Below, piece by piece: positions 54,966 through 63,324 of a stretch of 64,000 nucleotides of DNA. The first letter of the stretch is position 1, and each line of letters starts with the position of its first letter. The DNA lies in IMG/VR virus record IMGVR_UViG_3300018962_000001, positions 62,001 to 126,000 of that record. One strand, given 5' to 3'. Position numbers and translations under genes: made by a program. The notes beneath the pieces were generated by a model that worked only from the letters and a program-made list of their open reading frames with translations, was not told the DNA's origin and did not search any database.

Positions 54966-55708
54966 GGGTTGAGTCATTTGAGGTAGCGATCCCGGAAGGG
55001 TTGGAGAGTGGTGAGGGCTATGTGCATGTCGCCTCCGGGCAGGTATTTTCGGTCGCCCTGCACAATTACGATCCGACCCATCGGTGTAACGCGACCGTGA
55101 CGGTCAATGGCCGTCCGGCGGGAACCTTCCGCCTGGACCGCGGAGGATTGGCTCAGGCAGTGACTCGCATCACCCATCCATCGGATTCCCAACAACTATT
55201 TACGGCGTTCGCCGTGGAGAGCACTGCCGGACAGATTGTGGGTGCAGCACCAACGGCCCAGGAGGGCGGCCTCATCGAGGTTCGCTTTGTGCCGGAGGAT
55301 CGGAGGCCCTATCGTCCGGTGCCTCTGGTTGTGTCAGAGGCATCTCCAACCTCGACCTGGCCGGGCGTCCCCAAGCGAATGATGCCAGGCGCTCCGCCGA
55401 TCTCGTATGACTCGGAAGGGCTTATGGGCGCGGCGGGTGCGGCGATTGATATGGGCGACATCGCCTTTGCCAGCCCCGGTCCCGCGCGGCGTTCAACGCC
55501 AGCGCCGGAATCGACACTCCAGGCTGCGACGGTCGGCTTAACGGGCCACACGAGCCATCAGTACCGGAGCGCTCCCGCCATGCCACTTGATGAGGCACGG
55601 GCCGTCACGATCCGCCTCCGGCTGGTAATCAATCCCGGCCTGGCACCGCAGGGCACGTCTGGGCAGGGTGTCGATCGGGGCAATCCGATCCCGCCACCGA
55701 TCGGGTAA
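54962..55708 (+). CDS. hypothetical protein
   Basis: ATGA overlap; beta-rich N-terminus. Confidence 0.65.
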   Translation: MRVESFEVAIPEGLESGEGYVHVASGQVFSVALHNYDPTHRCNATVTVNGRPAGTFRLDRGGLAQAVTRITHPSDSQQLFTAFAVESTAGQIVGAAPTAQEGGLIEVRFVPEDRRPYRPVPLVVSEASPTSTWPGVPKRMMPGAPPISYDSEGLMGAAGAAIDMGDIAFASPGPARRSTPAPESTLQAATVGLTGHTSHQYRSAPAMPLDEARAVTIRLRLVINPGLAPQGTSGQGVDRGNPIPPPIG

Positions 55709-55718
55709 GGGCAACGAT

Positions 55719-56012
55719 ATGCGTAATTGGCAGGCGGATCTTACCCGGTATTGTGAACTGTATCCGATGTACTATGCCGATCTGGTGGAACGGTGGACGA
55801 TTGAACAGGTCGGCGATCGCTGGGTGCTCTGTGAAGCAGGGCGGATCGCGACTCCCGACGAGTATGAGTCGGCGGCGGCGGCGGATACCGATCGATGGCT
55901 CCAGATTTATATCGCCCTGGATCAGCACGACCAATGTCGATCGATCGATCGAGCACTCCGACGTGAACTGGCGCATCGCATGGACGCCTATCGTGATGTC
56001 TTAGAACCCTAA
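55719..56012 (+). CDS. hypothetical protein
   Basis: stop abuts tRNA-Cys. Confidence 0.6.
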   Translation: MRNWQADLTRYCELYPMYYADLVERWTIEQVGDRWVLCEAGRIATPDEYESAAAADTDRWLQIYIALDQHDQCRSIDRALRRELAHRMDAYRDVLEP

Positions 56013-56088
56013 CTCGGCGAGGCGAAATGGGAACGCGGCTGTCTGCAAAACAGCTATTGAGCGGGATCGTAACCCGCCGCCGAGTCCA
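56013..56088 (+). tRNA. tRNA-Cys(GCA)
   Basis: U73, CCA; A8 and T loop ATCGTAA. Confidence 0.85.
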
Positions 56089-56209
56089 TGAGCCACCGAT
56101 GGTTGGTAACGCCCAGCGGTGCAGTGACGGCGTGATCCCCGTACCGTGCTCAACGGGGATGCCTGGGACCGAGGCGAGCTAAGAACTGCCCTCAATCGGT
56201 CCACCTTAC

Positions 56210-56286
56210 GGCGCTGTCGCCAAGCGGATCAAGGCACTGGTCTTCGGAACCAGCATCCGCAGGTTCGAATCCTGCCAGCGTCGCCA
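56210..56286 (+). tRNA. tRNA-Arg(TCG)
   Basis: loop CT-TCG-GA, GCCA. Confidence 0.95.
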
Positions 56287-56438
56287 GAGTGTCCGATCTC
56301 TAGTGTGGTGCATGGGGGGATCGGTCGGGCCGGGGTGGAATCCGGTACCATTGCGGTGTGGTTTCCGTGCCGCGCTCAACGGAAACAGCCTCCCGGAGCC
56401 AGGGCGAGTTCTCCTTTCACTCACATGGCTCCAGTTTT

Positions 56439-56515
56439 GGCCCGGTCTTACTAACGGTCGAGGTGGCATGATTCTCAATCATGAGGTACGGGTTCGATTC
56501 CCGTCCGGGCTACCA
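56439..56515 (+). tRNA. tRNA-Glu(CTC)
   Basis: loop TT-CTC-AA, ACCA; weak D stem. Confidence 0.85.
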
Positions 56516-56527
56516 CGGAGATCACGG

Positions 56528-57064
56528 ATGTATCGACTACGATTTGAGTTTGATGAGGAGGGCGTTCCCCCGAAACAGATGATTTGTACGGCGGATGGAA
56601 CCGCCGTGGTTGAGGTACTCGACGAGCCAAGCTGCAAGCTGGGCGGGAAACTGGTTGAAACTCCCGGTGCAGCCTGGACATGGGAATGGCACGGGCCGTG
56701 GTCATGGGAGCCGAATGATTGGGCCGCCTCGCCGTTGACCGTCCAGATTCTTGCTCTCCTCAACCACCAGACGTTGCCGAACACTAACCCGATTGTCCGA
56801 GATACGTTTCTTGATCTCTCCGATCGGGAATGGACAGTGGGCGAATGGTGCGCGGCCTATATGCTGCGTGGTGCCCCCTCCGTTGAACAAGCAAAAGTGC
56901 TTGCGGATCGAGTCCGCTGGTACCTCGCCATCCATGACGCCACCTGGGGACCACCACGTGAATCTGCCGATCCCACGATTCGGGCATTGGCGGAACAAGC
57001 CGATTCATCCGTGTTGGTGTTTCGTCGTTACGATGGCTGGGCGCGCGAGCACTACGATGTTTAA
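56528..57064 (+). CDS. hypothetical protein
   Basis: GGAG RBS. Confidence 0.65.
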   Translation: MYRLRFEFDEEGVPPKQMICTADGTAVVEVLDEPSCKLGGKLVETPGAAWTWEWHGPWSWEPNDWAASPLTVQILALLNHQTLPNTNPIVRDTFLDLSDREWTVGEWCAAYMLRGAPSVEQAKVLADRVRWYLAIHDATWGPPRESADPTIRALAEQADSSVLVFRRYDGWAREHYDV

Positions 57065-57071
57065 GCCGCTC

Positions 57072-57100
57072 TTGACATTCGCGGCGCGATGCACTACAGT
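57072..57100 (+). promoter_or_regulatory. sigma70-type promoter
   Basis: TTGACA-N17-TACAGT. Confidence 0.65.
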
Positions 57101-57107
57101 GATAGCG

Positions 57108-57254
57108 ATGGAAGTGCGGTATCTGTACTGGCTGTTTCAGCGGTGTCGTCAGTGCCGACATCCACAATGGCAGCATCGGATTATTCGATCGTGGGGCAGC
57201 TATATCGAATTGTGCCACGCACCAGAGTGTTTGTGTGACCATTTTGTTGAATGA
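57108..57254 (+). CDS. small Cys/His-rich protein
   Basis: CRQCRHPQWQH...CHAPECLCDHF. Confidence 0.5.
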   Translation: MEVRYLYWLFQRCRQCRHPQWQHRIIRSWGSYIELCHAPECLCDHFVE

Positions 57255-57330
57255 TCCCGGTTGGTCTAACTGGTAGGACGCCTGCCTCTGGAGCAGGAAG
57301 TCTGGGGTTCGAATCCTCGACCGGGAACCA
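57255..57330 (+). tRNA. tRNA-Gln(CTG)
   Basis: T1-A72, loop CT-CTG-GA, ACCA. Confidence 0.9.
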
Positions 57331-57645
57331 ATGGTCGGATCGGCAGTTTGGCTCGCGGCCATACAAACACAAAGCTATTCCGATCCGGCCATACCATCCG
57401 GCGGAACGTTGAAGGAGCGGCTGTTTGCTACGACATTGCAGGCCGTCACCGCTCACAAATCAGGGATAAGGTGGACGTAAAAACAAACCCCCTGTACGCC
57501 GGACCCAACCCCGATCATCAGACTGGCAATCCTCGACGGGCGTGCACACCCGCGGACGTAATCGAGGTGGAGGGGTCATCGATGTTAGCGCCAGTCGGAA
57601 CGGGAGCGATTTCCCTCAATAGGGGAGGCTTCGCTCCCAGTTTCT

Positions 57646-57719
57646 ACCCCGCGCGCACGAGGGCGTGCACCAATCTCTGAGGTTGGACGATTCAGGTTCG
57701 AGTCCTGAGCGGGGAACCA
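57646..57719 (+). tRNA. tRNA-Gln(CTG), atypical second copy
   Basis: A1/A72 mismatch, G8, loop CT-CTG-AG, ACCA. Confidence 0.7.
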
Positions 57720-57720
57720 T

Positions 57721-57792
57721 GTGGCTATCGTCTATAGGTAAGACGGCTGATTGTGGATCAGCAGAACCGGGATCGCTGGCCCGGTAGCCACC
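57721..57792 (+). tRNA. tRNA-His(GTG)
   Basis: C73; no encoded G-1 or CCA; 8-nt T loop. Confidence 0.8.
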
Positions 57793-57820
57793 TAGTTTCA
57801 CTCGATCGCGGGAGAGATAC

Positions 57821-58117
57821 ATGACGAAACGTGATGAGCAATCAACGCTAGGGGATCATCTCTGGCCCTTGGGGAAGATGTTAGCGTCGGGGATGTCACC
57901 CTCACGGTCCGATTCAAAGGCCCGCTATATTCTTCAAATTCCTGAGATCCTTGATCAAGAACTGCACGCCATCGCCCAACGGCGCGGCGAGACACCAGAG
58001 GAGCTGATTCGGCAAGGGCTGAAGATGTTGCTCCTGGCGATCAAGGTTGAAGAAGATCCGGAGGCAGATTTTCTGATTCGCGACCAGCAAGGTGAACGAG
58101 TCGTCACCTTGATCTAA
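57821..58117 (+). CDS. ribbon-helix-helix (CopG-like) regulator
   Basis: RYILQIPEILDQELHAIAQRRGETPEELIRQGL. Confidence 0.65.
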   Translation: MTKRDEQSTLGDHLWPLGKMLASGMSPSRSDSKARYILQIPEILDQELHAIAQRRGETPEELIRQGLKMLLLAIKVEEDPEADFLIRDQQGERVVTLI

Positions 58118-58127
58118 ATATTGTTAA

Positions 58128-58199
58128 GCCTGCGTAACTCAACGGTAGAGTACCTGCCTTTTAAGCAGGGAGTTGTGGGTTCGAGTCCCACCGCAGGTA
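58128..58199 (+). tRNA. tRNA-Lys(TTT)
   Basis: cloverleaf; 3' end TCA instead of CCA. Confidence 0.9.
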
Positions 58200-58208
58200 T
58201 CACTATAT

Positions 58209-58334
58209 GGGCCTGCTGGTGAAAGTGGAAGTCACCACGTTGTGGAACCGATAGCAACGCGCGGCAGATCGGTTTCGGGACGGCGATCGCCTTCAGGGGT
58301 GTACGTCTCCAGGTTCGAGTCCTGGGCAGGCCCT
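58209..58334 (+). ncRNA. tRNA-like RNA with enlarged AC loop and long variable region
   Basis: GGGCCTGC/GCAGGCCC, D arm, CGTTG/CAACG with 12-nt loop, canonical T arm. Confidence 0.6.
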
Positions 58335-58444
58335 CCTCCTACCGCCGCGTACAAAAGTGAGGTTTTACTCCCGCTCCACCGGAGTGCCCTCGAATCGACG
58401 TAGGGTTTTAAGGCGCGGTGGTGGGGACCGATCGAAGGAGCTGT

Positions 58445-58702
58445 ATGAGCGGCGATGAGATCAGCATGGAGATTCGGGCCTTCCAGGGCGATCAGACCGC
58501 CCTAACGATCATGGCGCGGCACTCCGGGCGGCAGCGCCCGCTTGCCGAGGCGTTGGCAGAACAAGTCGTTGCTGATTCACGTGACTTCGGCGCTGGGCGA
58601 TTTGATCAGAAGCTGTTGGTCGTGGTGGTGGACGGGGATCTGTATCAGGTGATCGTCCGTCGCCTCTATAACGAGGCTGATCCACCAGCGGAGTCTTCAT
58701 GA
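58445..58702 (+). CDS. hypothetical protein
   Basis: AAGGAG RBS. Confidence 0.6.
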   Translation: MSGDEISMEIRAFQGDQTALTIMARHSGRQRPLAEALAEQVVADSRDFGAGRFDQKLLVVVVDGDLYQVIVRRLYNEADPPAESS

Positions 58703-58824
58703 TCCGAGATGACTTTTGCGATAGCTGCGGTACCTGGAACCGGACGATCGAGTTCGTGACCAATACTGGGCACCCCCTGTCGGTTGTGCCTTTCCTGTGT
58801 GCGCGGGGCCGTTCGGATCTTAGA

Positions 58825-58911
58825 GGAGAGTTGGCCGAGTGGGAAGGCACCGCTTTGCTAAAGCGGCGAGGCCGTAAGGTTGCGTGGGTTCGATCCCCAC
58901 ACTCTCCCCCA
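58825..58911 (+). tRNA. tRNA-Ser(GCT)
   Basis: long variable arm, CCA; C73. Confidence 0.9.
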
Positions 58912-58925
58912 TAGGAAAGGCTGCG

Positions 58926-59903
58926 ATGGGCCGAGGCGCATTCGAGCATCAGTATCAAAGTATCGACGTTCCGGGTATCCGCACCGATCAGCCGGATAGC
59001 AGCCCTGTGTCCTTGGCGGTCCCTTGGGATCTGACGGCGCAGGGAGTCCGAGCGGATCTCATCTGTGGCGATAACGTGGCTCCCGCGATCTGGATGCTGG
59101 AGCAACAACGGTCGTTTCGGCTGATCTATCTCGACCCGCCGTTTGCCAGTGGGAAGGGATACGCCGCGCGGGTGAATGGCGCGAAAGGCGTGCAGTCGCA
59201 AGTGGTTCCGGCGTACACCGATCGTGATGATCTCGATACCTATCTGGCATGGCTCCAGCCACGCCTGCGCCTGGCGCGCGATCTGCTGGCCGAGGATGGG
59301 ACGCTCTATGTGCATCTTGACTGGCACGCGGTTCACTACGTCAAAGTGATGCTGGATCGGTTGTTTGGGCGGGATCGGTTTCTCAACGAGATTATCTGGT
59401 GCTATCACGGGCCGTCACCGATTACCTCGGCCTTTAATCGGAAGCACGACACGATTCTGGCCTATACCAAGAGCCGCAGCTACTATTTCAATGCTGACGC
59501 GGTGCGGACTCCTTATGATCCAGCAACCGTGCGGACCTTTCAAAGTAGCTCGAAGGCGGGATTTGGGAAGGTACCAAATCTGGAGCGCGGCAAAGTGCCG
59601 GAAGATTGGTGGTATTTCCCGGTTGTGGCCCGGCTGCACGGTGAGCGAGTCGGCTACCAGACCCAGAAGCCGGAGGCGCTGCTCAGGCGGATTGTGCTGG
59701 CGTCGAGCGCGCCCGACGATGCGATCCTGGATTTCTTCTGTGGGTCCGGGACAACGGGCGTGGTTGGTGCGGCGCTGGGGCGGCATCCAACCTTGTGTGA
59801 TCGCAACCCGATCGCGATTGAGAAGGCCGTGTATCGCCTGCGCCGCCTGGACCCCGTTCCAGACGTGCATGTGTGGCGCTACGCGACTGATCCGATAGCA
59901 TGA
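58926..59903 (+). CDS. DNA adenine methyltransferase (beta class, Mod-like)
   Basis: LIYLDPPF, NEIIWCY, YQTQKPEALL, ILDFFCGSGTT. Confidence 0.9.
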   Translation: MGRGAFEHQYQSIDVPGIRTDQPDSSPVSLAVPWDLTAQGVRADLICGDNVAPAIWMLEQQRSFRLIYLDPPFASGKGYAARVNGAKGVQSQVVPAYTDRDDLDTYLAWLQPRLRLARDLLAEDGTLYVHLDWHAVHYVKVMLDRLFGRDRFLNEIIWCYHGPSPITSAFNRKHDTILAYTKSRSYYFNADAVRTPYDPATVRTFQSSSKAGFGKVPNLERGKVPEDWWYFPVVARLHGERVGYQTQKPEALLRRIVLASSAPDDAILDFFCGSGTTGVVGAALGRHPTLCDRNPIAIEKAVYRLRRLDPVPDVHVWRYATDPIA

Positions 59904-59908
59904 GATAC

Positions 59909-59994
59909 GGAAGGACAAGCCGATTGGCGACGGCATCCGGCTCGAACCCGGACGAGCGCAAGCCTTGGGGGTTCAACTCCCTCTCCTTCCGCCA
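59909..59994 (+). tRNA. tRNA-Ser(CGA)
   Basis: long variable arm, GCCA; C8. Confidence 0.9.
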
Positions 59995-60016
59995 GAAACC
60001 TTGAAAGGATGAGCCA

Positions 60017-60280
60017 ATGCCCCATGTACCACCATTTGAGCCAGATTTAGACCAGCCCACGTTTAGTTCCGAGCAGTGGGATGCGATCGAAGCCTTGCAG
60101 CGAGTATTCAAGCGTTGCGCGCGCTTAGGTATCGGTATGTATGCGCAGTGCGATACGTTATATGTCTTTCAGGCTGCCGAAGAAGCCAAAATCCCGATTG
60201 CAGAGATTCATGACTTTTTACAGCGGCGCGGCCACGACATCGACCATCATCGAGTCTTTAAAGATTGCGGAGCGTTCTAG
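60017..60280 (+). CDS. hypothetical protein
   Basis: AAGGA RBS. Confidence 0.6.
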   Translation: MPHVPPFEPDLDQPTFSSEQWDAIEALQRVFKRCARLGIGMYAQCDTLYVFQAAEEAKIPIAEIHDFLQRRGHDIDHHRVFKDCGAF

Positions 60281-60292
60281 CGGATTGACTAC

Positions 60293-60368
60293 GCCCGCAT
60301 AGCTCAGTGGACAGAGCAGCAGCCTTCTAAGCTGCGTGTCGCCGGTTCGATCCCGGCTGCGGGTGCCA
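60293..60368 (+). tRNA. tRNA-Arg(TCT)
   Basis: canonical, A20 present, GCCA. Confidence 0.95.
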
Positions 60369-60372
60369 GAGC

Positions 60373-60612
60373 ATGATCGTGAAAGGAGACTCGATGCCGC
60401 TTGATCCCTTTGCGCGAACCTATGCGGGTTGGGCCGAGGCATTCAGCATCTTTGCCCGCTATCCTGATGACGAACCGGGAGTTGCCGTTGAACGGGATAA
60501 AATTCTGGCTGGGCCAGATCCCAATATCGTCTCGCTTCCCGACCTGGCCCGGCTGCTGGCATTAGGGTGGTATTCTGATGACACCCTGGAATGCTTTTAT
60601 CGTCTGGTCTAA
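60373..60612 (+). CDS. hypothetical protein
   Basis: likely start ~60394 after AAGGAG. Confidence 0.6.
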   Translation: MIVKGDSMPLDPFARTYAGWAEAFSIFARYPDDEPGVAVERDKILAGPDPNIVSLPDLARLLALGWYSDDTLECFYRLV

Positions 60613-60623
60613 GGGGATCGCCG

Positions 60624-60842
60624 ATGCGTCCAGTCATTCATATGTGTGGCGTGGTGATCGAATATCTCCGCGAATCAGGATTCTTTGATCCGAGAACCTA
60701 TGAGCAGATTCACCAATGTCCCCAGTGCAAGGAATACCTGTGCCTGACCGACTGCCTGGATTTGGGAGGCCAGCCCGTGTTTATTCCGTTTCAGAGTGAC
60801 TGGAGCCGCCGCCGCCGCCGGGAACGAGGATGGCCTGAGTAG
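60624..60842 (+). CDS. small Zn-finger protein
   Basis: HMCG...CPQC. Confidence 0.55.
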   Translation: MRPVIHMCGVVIEYLRESGFFDPRTYEQIHQCPQCKEYLCLTDCLDLGGQPVFIPFQSDWSRRRRRERGWPE

Positions 60843-60845
60843 TCC

Positions 60846-60874
60846 TTGACAACAGCGTAAATATGCGCTATCCT
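60846..60874 (+). promoter_or_regulatory. sigma70-type promoter
   Basis: TTGACA-N17-TATCCT. Confidence 0.75.
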
Positions 60875-60910
60875 GGTGGAAACGATGGATAGCTGAAAGG
60901 ATCAGGCACC

Positions 60911-61564
60911 ATGTCTCAAGGACCAACGAGTGGATCGGACGATGATCGCGAGGTTGAAGGAATTGTCCGGCTCGGACTCAGGACCTATCTTGGCCGGATT
61001 TGTACCAAGTGTCAGCAGCCCCTCGCAACCCAGGGGGATTGCATTACGAACATTCACGTGGGCGGCGGCGAGATTCAACATTTCGACTGCCACTATGATC
61101 GGACAACCCTCGCACCAGGGGCATTGGAGCTGCCCGCCTGGGCGATTCAGGATCTGGAACGGCTAGGGGATGATCGCGCGCAATTCTTCCGTCCACGTGT
61201 GGCCTGGACTCCCACGATTATCGTGGAACGAGTACCTCCACCCTTGTTGACGACAACTGTTCCCCTACAACAGCTCATGGTCGATAGTCGAACCGCCCTG
61301 GATACCTTGGATGTGGAGCTTCAATCGCCGGTGGACGATAGCCCCAAGGCAGGCGACCGGATTCGCTTCTTAGCCACGCCGGAGACGAGCGGGCGCGGGA
61401 TTGCGGGCGGCCCTGGCGTGATTGAGTCGGTGCTTGAAGGAGGCACCGAAGTGCTGGCGTTGTACACCGATCCACTCTTTGGCCCGGCAGGACCGTATCG
61501 ATTGCCCGTTACAGCGATCGAGGTCGTTCGTCCAGCCCAGGAGCGACCGCATGCCCAAGATTGA
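60911..61564 (+). CDS. hypothetical protein (N-terminal CxxC...HxxC, C-terminal SH3-like)
   Basis: CTKC...HFDC; KAGDRIRF...GVIESV. Confidence 0.6.
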   Translation: MSQGPTSGSDDDREVEGIVRLGLRTYLGRICTKCQQPLATQGDCITNIHVGGGEIQHFDCHYDRTTLAPGALELPAWAIQDLERLGDDRAQFFRPRVAWTPTIIVERVPPPLLTTTVPLQQLMVDSRTALDTLDVELQSPVDDSPKAGDRIRFLATPETSGRGIAGGPGVIESVLEGGTEVLALYTDPLFGPAGPYRLPVTAIEVVRPAQERPHAQD

Positions 61565-61850
61565 AGTTACAACGATCTATGGCGTGAATACGCAAACGCC
61601 GATCGTTGAGATTCGATTTCCCAAGCCCGCCAAAGGAGCGCCCCCACATCGGGAACGCCTAATCCAGATGACGGTCCCTGAAGCGCGGAACCTGGCGGTT
61701 AATATCTTGCAAGCGGCAGAAGCAGCTATTCAGGATGCATTTCTGGTCGAGTTCTTTAAGGAGCTGGGAATCGATGACGCGGAGGTGTCAGCCCTTCTCT
61801 CGCAGTATCGTCTCCGTCGCCGTGATCGCCAAACCGATTCCACAGCCTAG
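61551..61850 (+). CDS. hypothetical protein
   Basis: AGGAG RBS. Confidence 0.65.
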   Translation: MPKIEVTTIYGVNTQTPIVEIRFPKPAKGAPPHRERLIQMTVPEARNLAVNILQAAEAAIQDAFLVEFFKELGIDDAEVSALLSQYRLRRRDRQTDSTA

Positions 61851-61868
61851 CCAGGAGCAGAACAGGTA

Positions 61869-62105
61869 GTGGATATTCCCGATCTCGTCCTAAGCCGGAA
61901 TCAGGAGCGCGTGGTGAAACGGACGGCCACCGTCGTGATGACGCGCAGTCGCGATGTTGGTTCGGCGGATCATCGTCCGACCTTCACCTACCACGTGTAC
62001 TTCTACGAGGACGGCACCTGGCATCAGCAGCGCGGTCTGTCGGGAGTCAAACGGGACGTGGAACGGTCCTATCGTGGATGGACCGCTGCCGTTGAGTTAG
62101 GGTGA
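61869..62105 (+). CDS. hypothetical protein
   Basis: chain. Confidence 0.55.
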   Translation: MDIPDLVLSRNQERVVKRTATVVMTRSRDVGSADHRPTFTYHVYFYEDGTWHQQRGLSGVKRDVERSYRGWTAAVELG

Positions 62106-62140
62106 ATCCCTAGCAAGGATCTCATCCTCCTGGATCATGG

Positions 62141-62362
62141 ATGTCGGGCGAAAGGAGTGCTCTGATGCGAATCTGGGGGATTGGTTGGCTGGGCCGTCCG
62201 TCGTTCTGGGAGGGCATCGCCCGCATTGTCGATCTGGGGGGGACGCTGAGTGATCCCTTGCCCGATTCCGACTATCAGGGATGGAACGCAGATCAGGCGG
62301 CTCTTGCCGAGGATTGGCGTGTCGTGCTGGATGATCTGCTGCGGTTCCCACCACACGAGTAA
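62141..62362 (+). CDS. hypothetical protein
   Basis: SFWEGIARIVDLGG...DQAALAEDW. Confidence 0.55.
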   Translation: MSGERSALMRIWGIGWLGRPSFWEGIARIVDLGGTLSDPLPDSDYQGWNADQAALAEDWRVVLDDLLRFPPHE

Positions 62363-62372
62363 GGAGCGCTGG

Positions 62373-62612
62373 ATGCCATTTCGGCCATCGCCACGTCGTC
62401 TGGTCCGCTGGGGATCAGCCGGTGCAATGCACCGGCTCTATGAGTATCTCTTTGCGATCCCGTACCTGGGCATGGTCTGCCCGATCTGTGATGTGCCGAT
62501 TGACGATCTCGACACGTTTAAACAGGCCCGGTTCGGCCATCCCGGCGATCTGGTGCATCGGGCCTGTTGGCCGATCTACCTTATACGCTACCCGAAGGAT
62601 CATCCACGATGA
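62373..62612 (+). CDS. small Zn-finger protein
   Basis: CPIC...HRAC; AAGGAG RBS. Confidence 0.55.
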   Translation: MPFRPSPRRLVRWGSAGAMHRLYEYLFAIPYLGMVCPICDVPIDDLDTFKQARFGHPGDLVHRACWPIYLIRYPKDHPR

Positions 62613-63016
62613 CACCGATACGACGACTTACCTCGGCTGAGGAGCACCAGGAAGCGCTGGAACGCCTGGGCACACTTGTGGAATCTGATCCGCCCCGCGA
62701 TAGCCCACTCGGCCAGGAAGCGTATCTCCTGGGGCTGGTAATCGAGGACTATGAACGCCAGGCGTTCCCGATGCGATTTCCCGATCCCATTGACGCCATT
62801 CACTTTCGGATGGAGCAGCAGGGTCTAGGATTGGGCGATCTCGTTCCCATCCTCGGAACACGCGTTGTCGTTTATGAGGTAATGCACCGACAGCGTCGTC
62901 TGACTCTCTCGATGATCCGCAAAATCCATGCGGCCCTCAAGATTCCAGCCGAGAGCTTAATCCAACCGTACTTCCTGACTGGAAAGGGTCCATACGATGA
63001 TGCGAGGATCACATGA
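62609..63016 (+). CDS. higA: HigA-type antitoxin (HTH-Xre), no adjacent HigB
   Basis: EEHQEALER...LGLVIEDYE...PDPIDAIHFRMEQQGL...RRLTLSMIRKIHAALKIPAESLI. Confidence 0.85.
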   Translation: MTPIRRLTSAEEHQEALERLGTLVESDPPRDSPLGQEAYLLGLVIEDYERQAFPMRFPDPIDAIHFRMEQQGLGLGDLVPILGTRVVVYEVMHRQRRLTLSMIRKIHAALKIPAESLIQPYFLTGKGPYDDARIT

Positions 63017-63324
63017 TCTATGTTGATGAACTCCGTCGCTACTTCCAAGCGCCCAAGCCAGGATCGGAGCGCTGGTTTGGCAATGGCAAAGAGTCCTGCC
63101 ACCTGACCGCAGACACCCCGGAGGAGCTGCATGCCTTTGCCCAGCGACTCGGCCTCCGGCGATCGTGCGCACAAAGTAGTGGCTATACCCTTCACTATGA
63201 TCTCATTCCGCAGAAGCGCGCACGCGCCGTCGCGCTTGGGGCCAGGGAAGTCACCGCACGCGAGCGTGCGCGGATGATCGCGGCGCAGATTGAAAAGGAT
63301 CGCCCTGATGTGTCCGGCGTGTGA
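63013..63324 (+). CDS. DUF4031 family protein
   Basis: IYVD...CHLTADTPEELHAFAQRLGLRR...HYDL...RARAVALGA. Confidence 0.8.
   Translation: MIYVDELRRYFQAPKPGSERWFGNGKESCHLTADTPEELHAFAQRLGLRRSCAQSSGYTLHYDLIPQKRARAVALGAREVTARERARMIAAQIEKDRPDVSGV

Noticed and set aside
56110-56170. ZTP (pfl) riboswitch: GTGACGGCG...GCCTGGG; also CGGGGAGCGACC near 47178
   Set aside because: The other conserved elements are missing, the second copy lacks these words, and no downstream regulated gene fits.
58209-58334. tRNA-Sec to serve the UGA at 19972
   Set aside because: Despite an 8-bp acceptor and long variable region there is no TCA anticodon loop.
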